Source: Deltaproteobacteria bacterium
GTDB taxonomy: Bacteria; Desulfobacterota; Deferrimicrobia; Deferrimicrobiales; Deferrimicrobiaceae
DNA: 64,000 nucleotides
Assembly: GCA_021815305.1 (NCBI GenBank)
Contig: JAKAHC010000002.1
Span: 224,112 to 288,111, forward strand
Direction: 5' to 3'
Both the position numbers and the translations under genes were made by a program. Positions 53,497 through 61,826 of this stretch are shown here, piece by piece; position 1 is the first letter of the stretch, and the number at the start of each line of letters is the position of its first letter. Under the pieces are notes generated by a model. It made no database searches. It saw nothing but the letters and a program-made list of their open reading frames with translations, and was not told where the DNA came from.

Positions 53497-54144
53497 ATGA
53501 GAAAGTTGACGCTTCTGGCGGCAGTCGGGTGCCTGATCCTTCTGTTCGCAACCGCGGGGCAGGCCGCTCTCTTCACGAACGGGAGCTTCGAGAACGGCAG
53601 CTACGACGCCGGTCTGAACAACTACAACACGCTCTTCAGCGGTTCCACCGCCGTCGACGGCTGGGTCGTCGGAGGAGGAGGAATCGACTGGATCAACGCC
53701 TATTGGACCCCGGCCGACGGCACCAAGAGCATCGATCTGGCGGGGAACAACCCTGGCAGCATCAGCCAGACGTTCGATACGACGGTCGGAACGCTTTACA
53801 CGGTCGAATTCGCCATGTCGGGAAATCCGGATGGGCTACCGATCCTCAAAGCGCTCATCGCCGACGCATTCAGCCCAACTCTGGCCGGCGCGACCATCGA
53901 ATATTTCAACACCACCGGCGTGACCCGGATCGGCGGCATGGATTGGTCTACAAGGTCGTTTCAATTCCTGGCGAATTCCCCCTCGACCACCTTGACGTTC
54001 GCCAGTTTCTCCAGCACCACCCCCTACGGCGCGGCGCTGGACAACGTGAAGGTGACGGCCGTCCCCGAGGCCGGTGCGATGATCCTGTTCGCTTCGGGCC
54101 TGGTCGGCCTGATCGGTTACCGGAGGACGCGCCGGATGCAGTAA
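53497..54144 (+). CDS. PEP-CTERM sorting-domain protein with a DUF642-like (FTNGSFE) domain.
   Basis: A signal peptide MRKLTLLAAVGCLILLFATAGQA is followed by FTNGSFENG...IDLAGN. The C-terminus VPEAGAMILFASGLVGLIGYRRTRRMQ is a PEP-CTERM tail. Confidence 0.8.
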   Translation: MRKLTLLAAVGCLILLFATAGQAALFTNGSFENGSYDAGLNNYNTLFSGSTAVDGWVVGGGGIDWINAYWTPADGTKSIDLAGNNPGSISQTFDTTVGTLYTVEFAMSGNPDGLPILKALIADAFSPTLAGATIEYFNTTGVTRIGGMDWSTRSFQFLANSPSTTLTFASFSSTTPYGAALDNVKVTAVPEAGAMILFASGLVGLIGYRRTRRMQ

Positions 54145-54169
54145 GGTTTTCGGGGCATTCACAGACGGG

Positions 54170-54200
54170 AAAGGGGCCCCTCGGGGCCCCTTTCCATTTC
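54170..54200. terminator. Bidirectional rho-independent terminator between the convergent PEP-CTERM gene and the response-regulator gene.
   Basis: The sequence reads AAAGGGGCCCC-TC-GGGGCCCCTTT, a perfect 11-bp stem, with A-run and T-run flanks. Confidence 0.6.
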
Positions 54201-54235
54201 CTTATAATTCACGGCAATCGGATTCCCGGTTCGGA

Positions 54236-55606
54236 TCACCCCTCCCGGAACGTCTTCCAATCGATGCGCAACACCTGGATCTTGTAGTTCAAAACACGAG
54301 GGGTGACCCCGAGCAGCTCCGCGGCGTCCTTCTGGACCCCCCGGGTTTTCCGGAGCGCCCGCTCGATGGCGCCCCTCTCCATCTCTTCGAGGTTCAAGGT
54401 CTCCAGGTACGGTTGCGATTCCCTTCCCGACTCGACGCTTTCGAGGATCAGGTCGGAGGGGGTGATCAGGGAGTTCTCGCAAAGGAGCACGGCACGTTCG
54501 ATCGCGTTCTGAAGCTCCCGTACGTTCCCGGGCCATTCGTACCTGCGCATCTTCAGGATCGTCTCCGGGGCGAACCCGTCCACCTTCTTCTTGAAGTCGG
54601 AGGCGTACCGGTTGAGGAAATGCCGCGCCAGCGGCAGGATGTCTTCGAGGCGCTCCCGGATCGGAGGAATGTGGAGCTGCACGACGTTCAGCCGGAAGTA
54701 CAGGTCCTGGCGGAACCGCCCTTCCTGCACTTCCTTGCGCAGGTCCTTGTTCGTCGCCGCGACCACGCGGACGTCCACCTTGACCGTCTTCCCGCTGCTG
54801 CCCAGCCGCTCGAACTCGTGCTCCTGCATCACCCGCAGCACCTTGGACTGCGTCGTGGGACTCATGTCCCCGATCTCGTCCAGGAAGATGGTCCCCTTGT
54901 CCGCCTGCTCGAACCGGCCTATGCGCATCCGGTCCGCGCCGGTGAAGGCGCCCCGCTCGTGGCCGAACAGTTCGCTCTCCAGGAGGTTCTCGTGGAGGGC
55001 AGCGCAGTTGACTTTCACCAGCGGCTGTTCCCGTCGCTGGCTGTGGAAGTGCACCAGCCCCGCCAGGACCTCTTTCCCGGTCCCCGTTTCCCCCGTGACC
55101 AGGACGGTGGCGGACGTCGGGGCGACCTTCCGGATCTTGGACAGCACCTCCTTCATCACCGGGTTTTCCGCGACGGGAAGCCCCTCCCCCATCTCGAGCC
55201 GGTACTGGACCTTCTTGAAAAAGTCGAGTTCCCCCCGCATCTTCTGGACGCGCAGCGCGGTCCCCACGCGATGTTTGAGGTGCTCGACGTCGAAGGGCTT
55301 CTGGATGTAGTCGAAGGCGCCCAGGCGCAGCGCCTGGAGCGCCGACTCCAGCGTCGCGTACGCGGTCATCAGGATGACCTCGGTCTCGGAGTTGACCTCC
55401 TTGGCCTTCCGCAAGACCTCCACCCCGCTCACGTCCCCCAGTTTGATGTCGGTCACCACGACATGGGCCGCTTCGGATTCCAGGGCCTGGAGCGCATCCG
55501 CCCCATTGGCCGCCACTGTCACGACGTAGCCCGCATCTTCCAGGGCGCCGGCAATCCCTACGCGCAACGCCTCGTTGTCTTCGGCCAGCAGAATCCTGTC
55601 AGACAT
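54236..55606 (-). CDS. Sigma-54-dependent response regulator (NtrC family; PrsR-like).
   Basis: A REC domain (D at LLAEDNE...DIKL) precedes an AAA+ sigma-54 activation domain (GETGTGKE, GAFTGA, ESELFGHE) and a Fis-type HTH. Confidence 0.85.
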   Translation of the reverse strand: MSDRILLAEDNEALRVGIAGALEDAGYVVTVAANGADALQALESEAAHVVVTDIKLGDVSGVEVLRKAKEVNSETEVILMTAYATLESALQALRLGAFDYIQKPFDVEHLKHRVGTALRVQKMRGELDFFKKVQYRLEMGEGLPVAENPVMKEVLSKIRKVAPTSATVLVTGETGTGKEVLAGLVHFHSQRREQPLVKVNCAALHENLLESELFGHERGAFTGADRMRIGRFEQADKGTIFLDEIGDMSPTTQSKVLRVMQEHEFERLGSSGKTVKVDVRVVAATNKDLRKEVQEGRFRQDLYFRLNVVQLHIPPIRERLEDILPLARHFLNRYASDFKKKVDGFAPETILKMRRYEWPGNVRELQNAIERAVLLCENSLITPSDLILESVESGRESQPYLETLNLEEMERGAIERALRKTRGVQKDAAELLGVTPRVLNYKIQVLRIDWKTFREG

Positions 55607-56696
55607 GGGCCTGCCTCAGGGGGATCTTGACGGTGAACTCGGTCCCCTTCCCCGGCTCGGAGAGGATGTCGAGCACCCCTTTATGGGCATAGACGATTTT
55701 CTGCGCCAGCGGGAGGCCGATCCCGGTGCCCCCCTTTTTTGTCGTGAAAAAGGGAACGAAGATCTTGTCCCGGATCTCTTCGGGAATCCCGGCCCCGTCG
55801 TCCTTGACGTTCACCGTGAGGAAATCCTCCCTCTCTCCGGAGGCATCGGAAAGCATCGGCTCCCTCGATTCGGGGACCAGGTCCCAGTACCCATGGGTCA
55901 CCCGGGCGGATATCGAAACGTTCCCGCTCCCCTCGCACGCCTGGGCCGCGTTGGTGACGATGTTGGCCAGCGCCTGCTCCATGAGCCCCTCGTCCATCTC
56001 GGCTTCCACGCCGGCGCTCCCCTGAGGAAAGAACGTCACCTTGACCCCATCGAACAGTTTTCCCGCCTGCGACGCGATGCGCTCCATCAGCGGCGCCACG
56101 GGGACCGCCCGGACCCCGAGCTCCGCGGGACGGACGAAGTTCAGGCACTCCCGGATGATGTACTCCACCTTCACGATCTCCCGCTCCATGTGGGAGATCG
56201 AGGAGAGGATCTTCGGGTCGCCCTGGTACCGGGACCGCAACAGCCCGCAATGGACGCCGATGCTGGCGATCGGGTTGCGGATCTCGTGCGCGAGCCCCGC
56301 CGCCATCTGCCCCAGCAGCCGAAGGCGCTCGTTCAGGTCGCGGTTCTCCTCGGCCACCTCGACGTGGGTTAGATCCTTGAAGAACGCGCAGATCCCGGTG
56401 CGCCGGTCGCCGTCTTTCAGTTCCGCGAGGGTGAATCCGATGGACCGATGCATCCCTTCCCTTCCCGGGAGAATCGCCTCCAGCCGCGTGGGCAGGTACC
56501 GCAGGTCCAACGCCTCGATCAGCAACCGGAAAAAGGCATTCTCGGCCGCTCGGGGGCGAAGGTTTTCACCGTTCTTCACGGCAAAACTTTCCAATATCTT
56601 CATCGCGATGTCGTTGAGGTATACGACCTGGCCCGCGGGATCGATCACCAGGATGCCCGCCCGGAAGCATTTCAGGATGTCGTTTTCAAGCCCCAA
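55599..56696 (-). CDS. PAS-domain sensor histidine kinase (NtrB/AtoS-like), partner of the regulator downstream.
   Basis: A PAS domain precedes the HisKA H-box AHEIRNP and the HATPase N, G1 and G2 boxes (NAAQA, DDGAGI, GGTGIGL). The TTG start overlaps the RR start region by 8 nt. Confidence 0.8.
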   Translation of the reverse strand: MGLENDILKCFRAGILVIDPAGQVVYLNDIAMKILESFAVKNGENLRPRAAENAFFRLLIEALDLRYLPTRLEAILPGREGMHRSIGFTLAELKDGDRRTGICAFFKDLTHVEVAEENRDLNERLRLLGQMAAGLAHEIRNPIASIGVHCGLLRSRYQGDPKILSSISHMEREIVKVEYIIRECLNFVRPAELGVRAVPVAPLMERIASQAGKLFDGVKVTFFPQGSAGVEAEMDEGLMEQALANIVTNAAQACEGSGNVSISARVTHGYWDLVPESREPMLSDASGEREDFLTVNVKDDGAGIPEEIRDKIFVPFFTTKKGGTGIGLPLAQKIVYAHKGVLDILSEPGKGTEFTVKIPLRQAHV

Positions 56697-56949
56697 ATTC
56701 TAAGGACGCTCCCCTCAAGACGATGGACGCACAACAGCATACCAACAAAAAGGGGCCGTCTCCAGCGGGAGACGATCCGCAGCGGCATTGGGGCGCATCC
56801 CGCACGGCCCCGGGCGGAACGGGATCCCCTCGCACGACGGCACCTTCGAATCTCGCAGATCCGTCCGGCTACAGAGTTCCTTGACGGATCGGATCGACTT
56901 TGTTAGTGATCTTCTAGGCTTCCCAATCCTCGAAGTCCCCGGAGCACCC

Positions 56950-57942
56950 ATGCCCCTGCACCGCTGGCTCGCCCTGGATACGGACCGGACCCTCGAAACC
57001 TTGGCCCGGAAGATGAAGGAGACCGTTCTTCGAACGCTGTCCCGGAAAGGGGCCGTGGTCGCCATCTCCGGCGGGATCGACAGTTCCGTATGTGCCGCTC
57101 TCACAGCAGCCGCCCTTGGCCGGGACCGCGTCTTTGGTCTCCTGCTCCCGGAGAAGGACTCCTCTCCCAGGAGCCAGGAACTCGGCGAATCGGTGTGCCG
57201 GATCCTGGGAATTCCGTACGAGATAAAGGACATCGCGGACACGCTCGAGGCGATCGGCTGCTACCGCCGGCGCGACGCGGCCATCCGGAATGTCCTCCCG
57301 CAGTATGCGGCGGGTTGGAAGAGCAAGATCGTCATCTCGCGGCACGCAAGTGAGACGGCCCGCTGGAACTTCTTCCGGCTCATCGTCGAGTCCCCCGACG
57401 GGCAGCGGTCCGAGACGCGACTCCCCTTGAACGAGTACCTGGAGATCGTGGCCGCCACGAACTTCAAACAAAGGATTCGGAAGACGCTGGAGTACTTTCA
57501 CGCCGATCGATTGAATTACGCCGCCGTCGGGACACCGAACCGGCTGGAATACGACCAGGGATTCTTCGTCAGGAACGGCGACGGTGCCGCCGACGTCAAA
57601 CCAATCGCGCACCTCTACAAGAGCCAGGTCTACGAACTGGCGGCGACGCTGGGACTCCCGGACGCAGTCGTCGGTGCAACGCCCACGACCGACACCTACA
57701 GCCTGGAACAGGGACAGGACGAGTTCTACTTCTCGCTCCCCTACAACAAGATGGACCTCGTGCTGTTCGGGCTTAACAACGCGAAGTCGCCCGAAGAAAT
57801 CGCCGCGGAGACGGGCCTGACGGCCGAGCAGGTCCGGATGGCCTTCGAAGACATCCGCGGGAAGCGCAGGACGACCGCCCGGCTGCACTGGAAGCCGGTG
57901 CTTCTGGAGCCCGTCGCGGAGATCCGCGATCGCGAAGAGTAG
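56950..57942 (+). CDS. nadE: NH3-dependent NAD+ synthetase (PP-loop ATP pyrophosphatase).
   Basis: The PP-loop VVAISGGIDSS is present and the C-terminal half aligns with NadE (GT.N..E...GFF.K.GDG..D..P...L.K..V). The start was chosen at the ATG at 56950. Confidence 0.75.
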   Translation: MPLHRWLALDTDRTLETLARKMKETVLRTLSRKGAVVAISGGIDSSVCAALTAAALGRDRVFGLLLPEKDSSPRSQELGESVCRILGIPYEIKDIADTLEAIGCYRRRDAAIRNVLPQYAAGWKSKIVISRHASETARWNFFRLIVESPDGQRSETRLPLNEYLEIVAATNFKQRIRKTLEYFHADRLNYAAVGTPNRLEYDQGFFVRNGDGAADVKPIAHLYKSQVYELAATLGLPDAVVGATPTTDTYSLEQGQDEFYFSLPYNKMDLVLFGLNNAKSPEEIAAETGLTAEQVRMAFEDIRGKRRTTARLHWKPVLLEPVAEIRDREE

Positions 57943-57970
57943 CGGAGCTCGTTGGCCCGTCGCGAAGCGG

Positions 57971-58363
57971 TCAGAGCGAGAACGAAGCCGTCGGAGAGAA
58001 GTCGGACTTCGCGCCATCGTTGGTAACGGCGCGGATTGCCACGTAGTACGTTACGCCCGGGGACAGCTGGGGGGCCAGCAGCACGAGGTTGAAGGAGCGG
58101 TCTTCCGGCGCCACTGACGCCTCGGCGGAATCGGTCGGTCCGAAGGAAGGGTTCTCCTTCACATAAATCTCGAAACTCTGCAGGTCCGTGGCGGGATTGA
58201 GGGGGGTGCCGTTCGTATAGGACATGGGGGCTTCCCAGATCAACGTCTTGGCTGGAGTGGAGGCCGCGGGGACGGAATCACTGGAGCTGCTCCCTCCGCC
58301 GCACGCGGAAAGGAGTCCTCCAAGGATCGCGCACACAGCAAAGATCTTCTTCAGCCGACCCAC
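57971..58363 (-). CDS. FN3-like lipoprotein, a paralog of the 46983-47432 gene.
   Basis: A GTG at 58363, 9 nt after AGGAGGG, gives MGRLKKIFAVCAILGGLLSACGGG. This is a lipoprotein signal with lipobox LSAC. A LIWEAP.SYTNGT...DLQSFEIYV module follows. Confidence 0.55.
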   Translation of the reverse strand: MGRLKKIFAVCAILGGLLSACGGGSSSSDSVPAASTPAKTLIWEAPMSYTNGTPLNPATDLQSFEIYVKENPSFGPTDSAEASVAPEDRSFNLVLLAPQLSPGVTYYVAIRAVTNDGAKSDFSPTASFSL

Positions 58364-58390
58364 GTACACGTGCCCTCCTGACTGGAAATT

Positions 58391-58407
58391 GGCAAGGGCC
58401 GTGCCAA
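58391..58407 (-). promoter_or_regulatory. Sigma-54 promoter candidate for the 57971-58363 lipoprotein.
   Basis: The minus strand reads TTGGCAC-GGCCC-TTGCC, a consensus match with GG-N10-GC. It lies about 30 nt upstream of the GTG start. Confidence 0.55.
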
Positions 58408-58477
58408 TATCCTGAGCCATGAAGGTTCAATGGGTTATGCGTTTCGGAACGCGTCGGCAATTTCGGATTTGTAACCT

Positions 58478-59399
58478 CTATTTCAAAAGCGTATCCGTGA
58501 GGCTGGCCATGGCGACCTTCTCCGACAGGAGTTGGAGCAGGTACTGGCCGTATCCGTTCTTCCTCATCGGCGCCGCAAGAACCTCCACCTGCGCAGCGTC
58601 GATGAAGCCCATCCGGTAGACGACTTCCTCGACGCAGGCGACCTTCAGTCCCTGGCGCTTCTCGATCGTTTCTACGAAGGCGCTTGCTTCCAAAAGAGAA
58701 TCGTGCGTTCCTGTGTCCAGCCACGCGAACCCGCGCCCCAGGAGTTCCATGCGCAGCGCCCCTTGCGCCAGGTAGGCGTTGACGACGTCGGCGATCTCCA
58801 GTTCGCCCCGGGCCGAAGGTGAGGGGCTCGCTGCGATTTCCGCCGCTTGGCTGTCGCAGAAATACAGCCCGGGAACCGCGTAGCTGGATTTCGGACGCGC
58901 CGGCTTCTCCTCGATGTTCCGCACCGTACCGCGAAAATCGAATTCCACGACCCCGTACCGTTCCGAATCGCGCACCCAGTAACCGAAGATCGTGGCGCCG
59001 GTCTCCACAGCGGTCGCGCGCTGGAGGATCGACGCGAACCCGTGTCCGTAAAAGAGGGTGTCCCCGAGGATCAGGCAGACGGGGTTCTCTCCGGTAAACT
59101 CTCTTCCGATCAGGAATGCCTGCGCGATCCCTTCCGGCCGTGGCTGCGGCGCGTAGGCGATCCGGATACCCCACTGGGATCCGTCCCCCAGAAGATCCCG
59201 GAACATAGGAAGGTCGACCGATGTCGAGATGAGCAGAAGTTCGCGGATACCGGCGAGCATGAGCACGGACAGGGGGTAGTAGATCAGCGGCTTGTCGTAG
59301 ACGGGAAGGAGTTACTTGCTCACCGCCTTGGTGATGGGATACGGCGGGTCCCCGCTCCCCCGGCCAGGATGATCCTCTCTCGCCTCGGACTTCCCTCAT
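58478..59399 (-). pseudogene. rfbA: Glucose-1-phosphate thymidylyltransferase (RfbA/RmlA) disrupted by a 1-nt deletion and a CAA-to-TAA nonsense codon in the N-terminal nucleotide-binding motif.
   Basis: From the ATG at 59399 the frame reads MLTHEGSPRRERIILAGGAGTR, then shifts by -1 where Leu is expected, then reads [24 protein letters not shown]. The remaining about 260 aa (track ORF 58478-59266) are intact RmlA sequence. Confidence 0.6.
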
Positions 59400-60280
59400 G
59401 AGTGAGCATTCTTCGCTCCTTTCCCTTCCCTCCTCCGCAGCCCCCACACCAACAGACCCATCAGACCGAGAGCCATCACGAAGAACAGGATGCCGCCGTT
59501 CTGGTGGAGCCGGCTGCCCAGGATCCTCCGGTCCACGTACGCGCCCAGCAGGGCCAACGTGACGATCCTCACGCCGTTCTTGAAGACGGTGATGGGGACT
59601 ACGGACAGGACAAGAAGAAGCTTGTTCCCGGCTCTTCGCAAGAACAGATGCCCCGCAATGAGACTGGTCAGCACCAGCGACAAGCTCGACCGGATCCCGC
59701 TGCACTCCCGGGCGACTTCGATCGACAGCCCCGGGAGAGAAAAGGTGAAGCCGTCGCGGTAGACCGGGACCCCTGCAAGCTGGAAGAACCCGTAGGAGAT
59801 TTCCGCCGAGCCGCGTTGCAGCGCGGACACGATGGGATCCAGTAGGGCCTTCGGCAACGGGATCATGAAGACGAGGAAAAGAAGCGGGAAGGCCGCAGCC
59901 TTCCAAGCCCCCGGCCCGTAGGTCAGGCCGATCCACCCCACGTTGCACGCGACCATCGATGCCGTCATGACCGCCAAATAGTCGCCACGTCCGAGGAAGT
60001 CTCCCTTCGCTATGCCGTAGGCGTACAGCGCCGCAGCCGCCAGGATCGGCGCGCCGGCGGAGAGATGCCATCCCTCCCTCTCTCGGAAGATTTCCCCGCG
60101 GTCCTGGTAAGCAAGGTACGCGCTCACCAGCGGCACCAGCGGGATGTAAGAGAACGTGTCGTCGTTCCACGCGAAGCGGAACAGGGCCCAGAGGGACGAC
60201 CGATAGAGGACGAGCCAGGCGGCAAGAAACAGTAGGAACGCGCCGCTGCGTCCGTTCGTCCTTCCCGTGCCGGACATCAT
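59396..60280 (-). CDS. Exosortase (Xrt/EpsH family) transpeptidase.
   Basis: This 294-aa polytopic membrane protein has the conserved exosortase motifs EVARECSGIRS (catalytic Cys), PITVFKNGVRI and an Arg. Confidence 0.75.
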   Translation of the reverse strand: MMSGTGRTNGRSGAFLLFLAAWLVLYRSSLWALFRFAWNDDTFSYIPLVPLVSAYLAYQDRGEIFREREGWHLSAGAPILAAAALYAYGIAKGDFLGRGDYLAVMTASMVACNVGWIGLTYGPGAWKAAAFPLLFLVFMIPLPKALLDPIVSALQRGSAEISYGFFQLAGVPVYRDGFTFSLPGLSIEVARECSGIRSSLSLVLTSLIAGHLFLRRAGNKLLLVLSVVPITVFKNGVRIVTLALLGAYVDRRILGSRLHQNGGILFFVMALGLMGLLVWGLRRREGKGAKNAHS

Positions 60281-60305
60281 CCCTCTCCTCGCGACCGCGA
60301 CCGCC

Positions 60306-61826
60306 TCAAGCTGGCGGATCTCCCTTCAACGCGGACCGATCGACCTTCCCGTTGGCGGATTTCGGCAGCTCGTCCAGGAAGACGATCTCCTTCGGAACCA
60401 GAAACGCCTCGAAGTTCTCCGAACAGAACCGCAGGACGTCCGCCGCCTGCACCGCCTTACCCACTGTCGGCGCGATGAACACCTTGATCGCCTGCCCAAG
60501 GATCGCGTCCGGCACCCCGACCACCGCGGCCTCCGCCACGCCCGGCATGGCGGCCAATGTGTGCTCCATCTCCTTGGGGCTGATCCTGTGGCCTCCGGTC
60601 TTGATCATCTCCGACCGCCGCCCGACGACGTAGAGGAACCCGTCCTCGTCCGCTCGTCCTAGATCGCCCGTGTACAGGCACCCGTTCTTGAGAACCGCAG
60701 CCGTCTCCTGGGGACTGTTCCAGTATCCTGCCATGATGTTGTCCCCCTCCGCCACAATCTCGCCGATCTCGCCGGGCCGGACGGGGATGCCCTCTTCGTC
60801 GCGCAGCGTAATGCGAACGCCGGGGATCGCCTTGCCGATGGACCCGGGCCTGCGAAGGAGCTCCGCCGGTTCGAGATAGGTCAGGCGGGGTGCCGCCTCC
60901 GTCTGGCCGTACATGATGAAGACATCCGTCTCGGGCAGCGCCTCCTTGAGCTCGCGCGCCAGCGTCGGCGACATGGCGCCCCCGGCCTGCGTGACGTAGC
61001 GGAGGGCCGGAAACACTCGCGTCCTCAGGCTCGACCGGTTCAGCAGGATCGCGAACGTCGACGGCACACCTGCGAATCCCGTAACCTCTTCCTCCTGCAT
61101 TCGGTCCAATACGACGTTCGGAAACGCGAAGCGATTTTCGAGCACCAGGCATCCGCCAGCGAGAACGTGCGTTGTCAACAGCGAATTCCCGTAGGAGTAG
61201 CGGAACGGCAGGACCACCATCACGCGATCTTCGTACGTCAGCTTCAGGTACTCGACGATCGATGCGGCGTTCGAAAGGAGGTTCCGGCGCGTCAACATGA
61301 CCCCTTTCGGCCGCCCGGACGTCCCGGAGGTGTAGAGGATCAGGGCGAGTTGGTTCGTTTCCGCGTCCACCGGCCGTCGGCCCGCTCCCCGGAGCGCGCC
61401 GCCGCCCCTTCTCCGTCGGTCGAATTCCATCGAGTCGACGTCGACGATGGTCCGCACGGAGACGGCGTCTCCCAGCGTCCACTCCCGCGCTCGCAGTTGC
61501 TCCCCGCGACCGATCACCACGGACGGGGTGCAGTCGGCGACGATCCTTCCCAATCCCCTTTCGTTCGCGTCGTGAGCTACCGGCACGACGACGCCACCCG
61601 CGCGCAGAACCGAAAAGTAGGTCACGAGGTACTCGGGAGAGTTCTCCAGAAGAACAAGCACCCGCTCCCCCGGCGCAAGTCCCGATGCGACCAGCCGTTC
61701 CGACAGATCGGTTGCCCGTTGCTGCAGCCTGGAATACGGCACGCGGCGGTTCCCGCAAACGACCGCGATCCGATCCGGATACCGCTCCGCCGAGACCCGG
61801 AGAAGATCGTGAACTAGCGCGGTCAT
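60306..61826 (-). CDS. AMP-dependent acyl-CoA ligase (exosortase-system-associated type).
   Basis: The AMP-binding motif YTSGTSGRPKGV is present along with TGD, GYWN and a PKS.NGK C-terminus. It is adjacent to the exosortase, the AsnB-like gene and the ACP gene. Confidence 0.8.
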   Translation of the reverse strand: MTALVHDLLRVSAERYPDRIAVVCGNRRVPYSRLQQRATDLSERLVASGLAPGERVLVLLENSPEYLVTYFSVLRAGGVVVPVAHDANERGLGRIVADCTPSVVIGRGEQLRAREWTLGDAVSVRTIVDVDSMEFDRRRRGGGALRGAGRRPVDAETNQLALILYTSGTSGRPKGVMLTRRNLLSNAASIVEYLKLTYEDRVMVVLPFRYSYGNSLLTTHVLAGGCLVLENRFAFPNVVLDRMQEEEVTGFAGVPSTFAILLNRSSLRTRVFPALRYVTQAGGAMSPTLARELKEALPETDVFIMYGQTEAAPRLTYLEPAELLRRPGSIGKAIPGVRITLRDEEGIPVRPGEIGEIVAEGDNIMAGYWNSPQETAAVLKNGCLYTGDLGRADEDGFLYVVGRRSEMIKTGGHRISPKEMEHTLAAMPGVAEAAVVGVPDAILGQAIKVFIAPTVGKAVQAADVLRFCSENFEAFLVPKEIVFLDELPKSANGKVDRSALKGDPPA

